This document shows, in pieces, positions 49,101 through 61,100 of a DNA stretch of 64,000 nt. The notes under the pieces are model-generated. The model saw only the letters and a program-made list of their open reading frames with translations. It was not told the origin of the DNA and ran no database searches. Each line of letters begins with the position of its first letter. Position 1 is the stretch's first letter. This DNA comes from Raillietiella orientalis (Eukaryota). The stretch covers positions 62,001 to 126,000 of the forward strand of contig JAYWIR010000066.1 in assembly GCA_036172245.1 (NCBI GenBank). Reading direction: 5' to 3'. The position numbers were made by a program, and so were the translations under genes.

Positions 49101-52100
49101 CCGCTTTCCTTTCCTACGCGTGCGCCTCTCCCGCGGCGCGTCCAATTCCCGTGTTGTGAAGACGGACGTTGAGCTCTCGAAGGCAGGCGCGGCGCACACG
49201 CATGCGCGGAGGAGGACCGCGGCGGCGACTCCTCGCTTCGCCTCCTTGGCATGTCCGAGCGATTTTCCTTGGCGCCAGGCTGGTTCTGCGCTCCTGCACA
49301 GCTCAGCCGCCCTGACGGAACTCCGGCTCATGCACGCGCCTCGGGCAAGGTCATGGAGGAATGCCCCGCAGTAGGCGCCGCGCCTGGAAGGGGTGCGGTC
49401 TCGCTCGCGGATCAAGAGGAGACGAGAGCAAGGACTGCAGGGGTGGGAGGGTCCCACAGGTGACCTTTAGAAGGACCGAACGCTGGACAAGAGGCCCGTA
49501 GGACAAAGCCGAGCTGCTCTGGATCCAGCAGCCAAATCGCTTGCGAGCGTCACGGGCGAAGGACAGCGCGAACCTTCCGAGACTCAGGGACGGAGCGAAC
49601 CAAAAAATGCCCGCTGGCATTTGCAAACGAACGTGGCATAGGATTCTCTCCATGCCAGGGTCGGTCGCCGAGTGGGGTCGCCACCAGGGGGCGGTCGCTC
49701 CAACGTTGACGAAGCGAGAAGATCGGTGTCCTCTGGTCATCAGGAATCAGATCTCCTTGCCAATGCTTCATCCTTCTTGATCCAGAACTTGCGAGCGAGG
49801 GGCAAGGGCAGAAAGTTGGACTGTCGGGAGGCGCCTTGTGTGACACCCATGAGTCTCAAAATCTGCCCAATGGAAGGCTGGAAAACTGCTTGGACGCTCC
49901 CGCGTTCCTGCTGGGGCGAAGCCACGGCCTCTTCCTGACAACGAGCACTCGCGTCGTTGCTATGTATAAGCCAGTGAGCGCACAGGTCTTCCAGGGTCCG
50001 CGTGCGCCACGTGCAGGAAGCAGCACGTTGCCGTGCGTTTCCGTCGGGCGACGCGATGGACGCTGCGGGAGCAAGGAGAACCCTCGCAGCCGGCTCGGAG
50101 AACCTTCCAGAATCTTCAGGCAAGAATCGCAACGGCTCCGTCCACCCGAAGGCTCGCATTGCTACTGGCATTGCTGGCGAGGAAAGCGGGCGCACAATCA
50201 GGGCGATTCCCATGCCGACTGCACTCGCCCTCTGCGTTTCCCGTGCGACGGTTAGCAGGAGCACACTGGCACCTCGGTCGGACAAATCCGCCTGCGGATT
50301 CTTCCTTGGAGATCTTCTCCGAGGAGGGAATGCCCAACCTTTTTGCTTTTGCTTGTCTCTGCCCCCAGCACTCTCCAGACGACCAGAGTGCTCTTGCTGA
50401 GTGAGACGGGGAAGCTGCGCGGATGCCGACCCCGCCCAGAGGGTTTCGCTCGTAGCTGGTGCTCCACGTTCCATGGTTCCGATCGTAGCTGGACGTGGGA
50501 AGTGCGGTCGACCGCGGTTCCGGGTTCGCTTCCGACGGTCGGCTCCAGACCAGTTCCCGATTCCACTAAGGGCGCGCTCACAAGAAAAAGTGGGCAGCGG
50601 GAACGCAAGGCGTCGCCGGCGCGTGTTCCACGGCCTCAAGAAACAGGAAGGCGGAGCTGCAGCCCGGGAAGACCAGATTTCTCTTGCGCAAGGAAGACGC
50701 GTGTTGTGAGATTCGTCGCATACGACGGGGAACGCCGCTGGGAGGTTGTCTGGTTGGGGGAGCTGAAGAGGAAGAAAGGAACCCCCACGATTCCATAGCG
50801 GAGAGAGTGGAGAGATAAGTGGACTCGGAGAAGTTTGTCGAGGCCCCTCCGTCTCGCTGCTTTACTCGACGATTCAAGTGATGCTCTCTCTCGCTGAACC
50901 GAAGAGGAGGTTGCGCGCGGCGTCCCTGAGCAAAGATCACCACGGCAGGAGGTGGACGGGCTTCTAGCAGCATAGAAGTGGTCAGCGGAGACCCTTCATC
51001 CTTCCAGCGAAAACCCTCAGCCAGCAACCCTTTCGCGTCACCTTGATTTGGGGCTTCTCCCACTGTTCAATGTTCGACTCTTTGATTTCAAAATACACCC
51101 TCTCTATCCGGTGGCTGCTGCCCATGATCTCTATGCGTCCCAGAAATGGCTCGAAGTAGTTCAGCACACTCCTCGCCGTCTCCAGGAACTTGGCAACCCT
51201 TTTAGAAAGAAAAATCATTAGTGAAGAAGACGAACAGAGGAAGAAGGATCATGGAGATGAGATTTTGAGCATCGGGAGATGGCAAGAGCTTTGCGGCAGA
51301 AGACACGTCTTTCGGCGAGCACGCCAGCGCCCCTCAGGAAGAGTGCCTTGCAAACCAGAGGGGCAGCTAAACGCCTACGGTCGAGCTGCCGCAACTCAAA
51401 GAAGAGTCAAAAGAGCGGACGTACGCTCGGGCGGAGAGCCGGATACTGGGTCAGTGACCTGGAAGGTTCGAGGTCACCGCTTCATTCGCGAAGACCCGCT
51501 CTTGTGTTCCAGCCGGAAGATGAACATAGGTGAAACTGAACCGAAGGCCATTCGAGCGGAAAATTTTGGGCTTTTCGACCCGAAGAGGGTTTTCTCCTAG
51601 GACACGGAAGCCTCTGCAGAACGCTCGAAAACGACGAAACGACGGAAACCTCGTTCTCCTCTCTTTTAACAACATTAGATTCAATATTGCGTAAATCTTG
51701 TAATAATTGTTTCCTAACGGATGCGGACCAAAGCACTAATCTTTCACGGAAGAAAAATACCGGCAGCCTCTTTCGCCTCCACCATCAAAGAAAAAGAACA
51801 AAAAAGAAAGAAAGGTGAAAGAGAAGAGATGGATTGTAGTAACAGGAGTTTGTTTGCACGGTGGAAGATGTGGTCCTTGGAGGAAGGGTTTCCCAGAGCA
51901 GGAGATGTTCTACCCGGAGATGTCATTCTCGCGAGATCACCTGGCGTCATTCGGCATGTGCTCCGACAAGTTGGTCAGCAAGACGGCCCAGTTGAACCCA
52001 ATTTCCTTTGCAGGGTTGTGGAACGTGTCCGTGAATTCCCGGTAGTCGATCTTCTCGTCATGGTTGGCGTCGCAGCACATCAGCAAGAAGTTGATTTGCT

Positions 52101-55100
52101 CTCTGAAAAGAAGATGGCTCTGGCAGCTTTCCAAAGGCACCCCCCCTCCGGTGTTCCTTCATGCAAACATTTCTTAAATCTCCCCCAAGCCGTGCGAGAC
52201 TTGAAAATAAAATAAAATAAAGTTTTCGAGAATTTTCGAGTGGAAGCATTGGGGCGCGAAACACCTCTTTGAAAGACCTGGCTTCCATTCGAATGAGGTC
52301 AAGTCTTTGTTTCACTGACACCCATCCCTCCACCTGCAGCAAGGCTCTTCTTCAGGATAGGGGGCATCCCAGGATGGGGGTCCGCCCTATGAATCCAGGA
52401 AGGGCTCGGCGTCCGTTCCTCTCACGCTTGGGGAGGGTTCCCCCCGGACGGGGGGCATCGCGCCTCCCACCCTGGTTGCCTCCGAAGGGGAACCCCGAAG
52501 GGAATCTCCTTCCTCATTCTCTCCGGAGGGACATCCCCCGTAATGGGGGGTGGTCCTCTCCATTTCAACTTCTCCGAAGGGAACCCGGAAAGGGATCCGC
52601 TTGTAGGAATTTCTTCTCCGGAGGGAACCCGCAAGGGAACCGCTCCTGTTCACTCCTCTGAAGAGATCCCCGAAGGGGCGCTTCCGAAACTCAGAAGGAG
52701 CGCTGCAGCATCCCACAGGGAATCGCTCTCGCTTGCTTCCTTGTGCACACTCTGTGAAGAGGCGACGACTCGGAGGGACCCCCCCGCAACGGGGAGGGTC
52801 CGCTCCTTTGAACAACTGGAGAGGTGCCCGTGAGGGCTCCTGATCCATCTTGAAACCGGAGGGGTCCCCCGGTGGGGGGGGGGTCCGCTCTCCGTTGTAC
52901 GACAGGAGGGGGAACTCACCACTCCTTTATTCCTGGAAGGACCCGAAGGTCGACTCCCATTGTTCCGGCCTTCATCGGGGGCCTCCGGCTTAATCCACCG
53001 CCGGTGCCACGCCCGAATGTCTCGGCCAACCAGCGCCGTTGCAGGAGAAACTCGGAATCCGACGACGCAGTGGCGTCAGAGTTTCTGCCGAAGTATTCGA
53101 ACCCGCGACGCATGGTGGCCCACGCGGAAGCCTTAACCACAAGGCCTCCGACGCGGGCAAGGGCGTCCAGGCCCCCAGGCTCTTCTAGGGCGTCTTCGCT
53201 GACAAATGCGAACCCGCTGCCGCTACGTTCTGAAGACTACTCCTTCTGAGGCTTTCCCTTGCCTGCCGTTTCCACGAAAAGCAAATGTGCTGCCATCACG
53301 GAGCCACAGGAGGTCATTTTCAGGAGAAGAGGGTTTCCAAGGAAGAGGGCCGTTTCCGAGATTGGGTTGCCACAAGATTTCTCACTGGACGGTGACGAGA
53401 ATGCTGATCCAGTGAACCCAGAACGAGGAAGATTTCGCGCGTCACTCCGCGAGTCCTCAATAGATGGCAGTGGACGAAAGGAAAGGTTTCTCCGAGCCTC
53501 CCGCGGTGTTTTTCCCATTAAAAGGCGCGCGCATACTGGTCGTTTCCTGGACCATGATGCTTTTCCACATCTGCACCTCCTGGGAGCGGCGAGTTTCTGG
53601 CTAATGCCTTGCATGGGAACTGCAGGTTCACTCAGCAGTGGCTCCAGCAACAGCTCTGGAAATCCTACTGCTGCCTGTTTCCGATGACCTAAATTCAGGA
53701 AGCTGGGAATACACCTTTCCCTGTTCAGCTTGAAGGAACTGTCGGCATCTCTGGTCTGTGCTTTGCCGGGAACAAGAAACGGTCGCCGGCTTTCCCAGTT
53801 GTCGGCCGGACAACCAAAGACCCTATCAGAAACCTCCGGCGTCTTTGTAAATCGATTCTTTCCTGCTCGGAAGAACACAGATGATGGTGGTGCAGCGACT
53901 TCTCTCCAATCCCTTCAATTCTCACAGAGCTCGCGCTTGGGTTGGCGGCGCGGTCACCAGCCCCCGGCCGGTGACGTCGCTGCCTCGGGGCCGAAGAAAC
54001 AGGACGCCCCGCTTACGACAAATGAAGCTCAAAAGAAGGATTCGGATGTTCTCGGAAAGCACAGGGACTGAAAAAAGTTATCTCACTCTGTGTACAGCTT
54101 CTGCTGCTCCATCTTCTCCTTGAATTCTTTCAGCGTTATCCAGCCATCGTTGTTCTTGTCTATTTCCTGAGGGGAAAAAGATAAAAAAAACATGCGTCAG
54201 TGATGTTGATGATCTTCTGCTTTCTGGAACACGCAGTGTTCGACATTCATTCCAATAACGTTCCCGGAGGTGGCCGACCTCCTCGGAGATCGCAGGCGCG
54301 AACACTCTTGGCAATGGACCGAGTCTGCGATGTCTGTCGGATGCAGCGGATGGGCATCCTTACGACATCTCTACGCAAATGCTGGCGAAAAGCAAGAGGT
54401 CTTTCGTGGCAGACGCGGAGGGAAGATGACGATGCGTCTGGGGAGCTCCCGAGTGCGGAAGGCGGAACACCATGGAAACGCTCGGCTTCACAGGTTTGAT
54501 GGCGGGTGTCTTCCTTTGCTGTTGTTGTTGCACAAGAAGAGGTCGGATGACGCCCGAAGGCTAACGGGCGGCGCTGCCGGGTGTCTCGCGGTCGTGCGGC
54601 GCGCGCCCGTTCCCGCGCGGCTGCTCGAAGCGCCCTGAAAGACGTTCGGGTTTCCCGCCAGGATTCCGGCAACCTCAGCAGCGCAACCGGAACCGGGAGG
54701 TGAGCGGAAGCGGACCCGGTTCTGCCGACTGGGTCCTCTCCTTTGGTCCGCTTTCGCGTTTGGGGTGCACGTCAAGTGCACATCGGCCGGATGGGTCGGC
54801 CCTTCGCTGCCCCACCTGTCAGGCTGGTCGATCAACAGAACGCGCTCGAAGAGACCGCGTGTACGGGCGGCAGAGTACGCTTCGAATGCCGTTGTACGCA
54901 ACCGACAGCGTGCGCACTTTCCACGAATGAAATTGGACCTTCGAAGAACACCTGACGGCCGAAGCGGTCGTCTTGCTCTCGCTGCGTGTCGGGTGCGGAT
55001 GTGGGGCCGTCGGCTACCATTGTACAGTTATCACTCCGCGGATACGGAACAACGCAGGTGGGGGCTCCTCGGACAAGAAGGGCCGTCCCCCCCGCAACCC

Positions 55101-58100
55101 CTTACTTGCAACTTTCATCTAGAACGCGCGTACGGATTCCATGTACGCGGGAATCGAAGATGCGCCCTCTGCGCGTGTAATATATCCGTGTACACGCAAG
55201 GAACTGATCGCAGGAGAGTGTACACGGAAGCACTGTTTAGGCGTGCGAACACGTGGCGCATGCTGACGAACGAGATTTGGCATTGCATTTCGGTGTTCAT
55301 CGGCTTCAGTTCAGTCCAGCTGGTACGGTAGAAACTAACGGTGTTTCCCAAACTTGCCCTGAGGCGGAACACTACACGCATCCTGAAACTCGAACGGAAC
55401 ACCTTGGTTATTTTGTAGGACAGGTGGATATTAATGAGAAACAAACTGAGCAAGTAAATCCAAGAGTCGAGAAAGGAAAAGAAATTCCTATTTATTCTCA
55501 AATTTTAATTATGTAAAAGCAAAAGAAACGCATGAAAACAGCACGATGAAATAGCGAATGCGTAGCCAAATGACGTTCTTAATGACTTTGGGGGGGGGCT
55601 TTAAATGTCAGTTTCTTTTGACATCAGGCACACATGTGAGCAAGATGGCACGCGAAGTGCGGAGCGCCTGAGTTTCCAACGTGTTTCAGCTTGGCGCAGC
55701 AGGGAAAGTAATAAATATCTCCCATGGTTTTCCACGGAACACTTACTGACTGTCCGTGGAACACGGGTGTTCCGCGGAACGCCGTAGTTCGGGCAGCGCC
55801 GTGTTGGGTCACCGTGCGGCCTGACTCGGGCTTCAGCCCGTGGTGGAACCGCTGTCCACCTACGCGACATGCACTCGCCGGCAAGCTGTCTGTGTCCACC
55901 ACGTCACGATGGACGTCTGCCAATCCCATCACTCGCAAGGAAAAACAGGCGAAAAACCACGTGCTCTCCGTGTAAAGTGTTGGGAGATGTAAGCCGCACG
56001 CTTTTGGCTGATGGAGTCCGAGGCTTCGCGCCAGCGGCTCAGCAGATTCGACCAGAGGACCGGTGCCTGCTGGCTGAACCCCCTCAACGAAGCAGTCGTT
56101 AAAATTACTTACTTGAAAGCTTGATGACTCAGTAATGTTCTTCAGCTTCAGGAACATGTCGAAGAATCTCAGAATCAGCTAGGAAAAGAGAACGTGAGGG
56201 TCGTTCGGGACTCGATAGTGATGTTCGCGGTGTTCTCAAAAAGGGAAACGTGGCAAATTCGGGTGACAGCGGCTTGAAGAGCACGTGAGAAGAATTCATG
56301 CAATCCGAGGTGGTCCTCACGTTCAGGGCACCTCCGAGCAAGCAAGAAGATCGGTGAGGCTGTTGGATTGAAGGCAAGGGATAGAAACGTGATCTGCCGC
56401 AGTCGGCAGGAAGTGAGCGGTGCACCAGCGCCATCTCATGGTCAGGAAGCGAAGTTTTTGCAGGAGAGGAACCGAATGGGAAACCTGGGACGGTTCCGTG
56501 GCGTTGAGTCCGGAAAAGGGCAAATGATAGGGTTTGAAGCATATGGGGACACTGGGCGTGGCACGAAAGCATGCTGTGGAGAAGGCGAAGGTGTGCTTCC
56601 TTGTAAGAACAAAAAAACAAGAAGATAAAATAAAGCGTGTTCAGAGATGAAGGGGAAGAAATACGGAAAACGCTCCGGGAGACGGAAAGGAAAGTGTCCT
56701 CGATAAGAGGCCTACTTCAACGTTCAAAGCGGACTCCACTAGCGTATCCACCATCTGCTTGCCTATGGTGCCATTAACGACGTTGCCTTGAAAACAGAAC
56801 ACCACGATCGATCCATTGCCTTTTTGGCACTACCTTCGAGCATGGACAGCATCATGATTACCATATCCTTCTGAAGATTCAAGAATTCTTTCAGCAGATC
56901 GACCTGGCTGGAATTCTTCGATAGTTTATCCTGCATGTGAGCAAACAGGAACAAAAATCCTCCCACAGCGTCCCAGAGCCTTCAAATTCGACACGGGTTA
57001 TGAGTGTGGGGAACGCGCCATGACAGGAGTTGGCTCTCACCTTGAATGGGCGAGTGCTTGCTGGTTCTGGGAGCACGGTCCCTGGATGACTTCTGTGAGG
57101 GTGTTGAAGACTTGGCTGGCTACCTCGATGGCTTTGAAGAAGTTGGCCTTTCCGGAAGGGTCGATTATCTCTTTGCTTGAGTAATGCCAGAAGAAATCCA
57201 TGATGGATTCCTTGGAGAGATTTCTGCTTCCCCCGACTCCCTGCACAAGCGCAGCTCACCTGAAGCCGGAGGAGGTAATCGACGGTGCAGATCACCAGGT
57301 TCACAGTGGTCGTGTTGCCGGCTTGAGTCCTCAGATAGTTTTGCCACTCTGCATGGTTCGCGCAAAGAAAAGAAAGATTGGGTTTCGCAGCCACCGGAAC
57401 AGCTGCGCCAGCAATTTTTACACAGTTTTTCAGCCCGACAGGGGCGACATGGAAGTCCACGTCGCCCTGTTGTCTCCCGTCGGAGGCTGGCTCAGTGTCT
57501 TCCCGGAGGAATGACCGAGAGACCGGAGCCGGATAAGCAAAAGGCGCAGGCGGTTGCAGACCGCTCAGCGGGGAAATTCAGCGAAAGCAAAAAAAGCTCT
57601 TACCCAGGTTGTGGCCTTCACAGGTCAGCTGGATGAACCGGAACAGAGCACAGGTGAAGTCCGAATCGTGCATGTTCTGCTCCCCAGGGATGCTCTCTGA
57701 CCCCTTCCCCAGACCTTCTGCCTTCGTGTTTCTCTCGAACGCATCGAGGTCCAGGACGCTGGAGGTAGGAAAACGTTCAGAGAGAACTGAGTGTCCACTG
57801 CCTCCTAAAACTCCGTGCCATCCTCCAGCCAGAACGGACTCGCGCAACCCCACGAAACCTTCGTGCAGCTCTGGGGACTTTTGTCGAAACTGCAACTGAC
57901 CTCATTGCCAGATCAGTTTCAACGGAAGTCCTCACCATGAGGATCTCTGATAGGAATGCGCTACCTCGTAAGATAACTCGTCGCCTCTTAATGTACCCCC
58001 TAAGATAAATCACCCGGAAGTTGAATCGGTGAAATGGGAGGGCGTCCACACACAACGCCAAAAAATCAAAATACCGGGCGATACAAATTTCAGATTCAGG

Positions 58101-61100
58101 GAAACGTCTGGAACGGCGGTGTGCCGCACAATCCTGGAGCGACGTCCTCGGGCGGGCGCTCGAATCTCGACTGGCTTGTTCCGATGAGATGGGAACTGCA
58201 ATTTTTGCGCAGCGGTACCTCGGTACTCGTCGGTAATTCGTTCCGGAACCCGTGTCGAGTGCCGAAGCCGACGAGTACCGAACGAGCTTCTTTCTAGGCT
58301 TCGTGGTATCATTCTCAACTATTTTAAGACCCATGATTAACGCTTAAAGTGCACATGCAGCACCAAAAAAGAAAAAGAAAAAAACAAAGAGGAGCGATTT
58401 GGGAGGCACTCCATGGAAGTGTGCGGCAGTGTTGGAGAGCTACCACGAGACGAAAGCGTTCACTCGTTTCATCATGAGGGTGGGGTGGGTGTCGAGTTCC
58501 GAGCATGCGCAGCCGAGTGTCGTGAAGCCGTTTTTTTTTCTGGTCCAAATGCGATGAGTACTGAGTTCAACACCGTCGAGTACCTTACGAGGTACCACTG
58601 TACACGCGGATGCACTGCTGCGTTTGTGTTGCGATGTGGGTTGCATTCTGGTCGTGCCCCTCCTCCCCTTCCGTGCTTCGAATTGCGCTCACGAGTGCAC
58701 ACATCAGTAAGTCATTCACGAGCGGTGTCATTAGCACGGGAGGGTTTATCCTTAGCTCCGGGCGAGCGTTCGGTTCGGATTGCATCCGTTCGCGGTCGCT
58801 TCACCGAATCTGTCGGGGAGGAGGATTTGAAGAACGACTGCGATGCGATCGCTATCCGATGCCCGCACATTGCTATGGTCCTCGGGTTGGCGTTCTTCAT
58901 CGATGGACCGCACTTCTGGTTCTCTGCTCCGCAAGCTCTCTCCTTAGCAGATCTCTACAGCTTCAATGACCCTCTCCAGAATTGTGTGGCCACACCGCCG
59001 TTCCAGGCACCTCCTTAAATCGGAAATTTGGTTGAAGAGAGAGCTCGAAAAATGGTGTGGGTTTGAAAGGCAGAAAGCTTCGTGGATGGAGGCCTGCAGC
59101 AGTCCGAAACGCAGGAGATTCACGGGCGCTGCGATGTGAGGTTTGAACTAACGAGGCTTTCATTTATGCCAAGACAGTTCCCAGTTTCCGGAGAACATCG
59201 TCGTTGCTTTCACAGAATGCAGAGGGAGCTGCTTGTTGGGCGCCTGATGCTCCAAGCGCCTTGTCCGATGGCTCCCAGGGGATACCCGAAGTTGGTCTTC
59301 CTCCAACTCTGACGCCTATCTTTTCGAAGGGACAGCAGATGTCGGGGATGGCAGCTGACCACTCGCTTCTTCTTCCTTCTTCAGGCGTGGTGATTCCAAG
59401 CGCAGGGCTCAGCTGCGATACCGGTTCTAGTCCCTCAGATCGGTTTCCCCTCACTATGCCCACCTATTGCACTCAGGACAGCGCATCGGATGTTCTCGCT
59501 GGAAACCACAGATAACTGAGGCCAGAAGCTTCTTTTCAGAAAACCAGTCTGAGTCTGAGGGGAAGATGGGGGGAGGTGAGACCCGTCTTTCGGAGACCAG
59601 GGAGAGCTACAGAAAGGGAGCTGCCATTCTTGTCACGGACTCCGCTCGACTGGTATCCTCCTGCCAGGAATGAGCGACGCCAATCACGGGACTTGTGGAT
59701 CCCGCAGGACTTCCTGGAGTCCTTTGGATTCCAGAAAGTCCACCTGCTAGGGCTCCTACCGATGCCTGAGCGTTTTCTGTAGACGGAGAGGAGGGTCGGT
59801 CTTTGCTCCCACTTCTCTGAAGAGACAGCAGAAGTGCGCACCACGACACTTGCACACGAATGCAGCAGGGCAAGGCCCAAGGATCAAGCATCCGAGAAAG
59901 CCTTCCTCCCTTTGCCGCCGGGCATCTCAAAGACACGGGGGGGTCTGCGTCTGCTGGGATGTCTCCGGAAACCCGGGAGCAGTACAGCGGAAAGCGAGAC
60001 ATTCTCCATCCCCACCCCCCTCCCTTCCCCCCATATCGGGAAAAAAAATACAAAAAAAAACGTCTGAATATAAAGGCCCAGTCTGCCAAGGAGAAAACGG
60101 GAGGCGGGGGGAAGGGAGGCGGTTTCAGTTCGAAGCTCCTTCAGCACACGCCCTTCCGAGGAGACGCTCAAGCATTCTGGAGCAAGTGGCGGCGACGAAT
60201 TCTCAGGCATTCTCAGGCACCCTGTCAACCGTGGACGTGCGTTTGGCCCTACCTGCACGAATTCATGAGGCCAGCAACCGATGCGAAGAAGCCAACATCC
60301 TTCTTCTCCTTCAGGTGGTTCAGCATCCTCTGCAAGGAGGAAGATTCGTGAGATAGCAGCGGCCAGCCAGGTGCTGGCGGATCGCGCATGCCAACGCAGG
60401 AAGCCAGAAACGACGACCCCATTTTCGCCGCTCGGGGGAATTGGTTTGGAGACCAGCCGGGAAGCGCCCGAACGCACTGTCGCGTTCTGTTTGGTGGCTC
60501 GCAACTGGCCACTCCGGACTTGGGTCCCCCCCTCATACGAAGCCGTCATGACTGCGAAGAGGAAGTGCTTGCTGAATCCTTCCAGCTTCCTCCGCTCTCA
60601 TATGGAGAGGGGAGGATGTGGCTGGGAAGGTGGGGGGTTGGCAGGTTTAGGTGAGAGGGAGTTGCAATTCGAGCGCCCGACGTTGCAATAGGTGATCGTA
60701 TGTGAACTTTTGAGAGAGGGAGAAGCGGTGAAGGAGGCTGCTCCCGCAGAGCAGCAGGCAACATCCTTCACCGGACGACGGCGTATATTCCATCCTTCCT
60801 CTCATCCTTCATTTTCCAGATCGGGAGACTCGCGAGCACGGCGCCCGGGAAGGACTCCTACCCTCTGGCTCGGTTTCCGCGGGAGATTCTTTGCGCTACA
60901 CAGCGGTGGCGCTCCTGAACGTTCCGGAACCTCGCTCCTCCCAAGCAGGGGCGACTCACGCCCGGCTTTCTCAGCCTGTACCACGCTGAGACCACTCCGC
61001 CCAAGGACCTCTTCGGCGCCCCAGCAGGGGGATGCGAGAATACGCGTGGGCGCCGACAAGAAAACTCACCATCTGGATCTTCGTGTTGCCTCCTTTGAGT

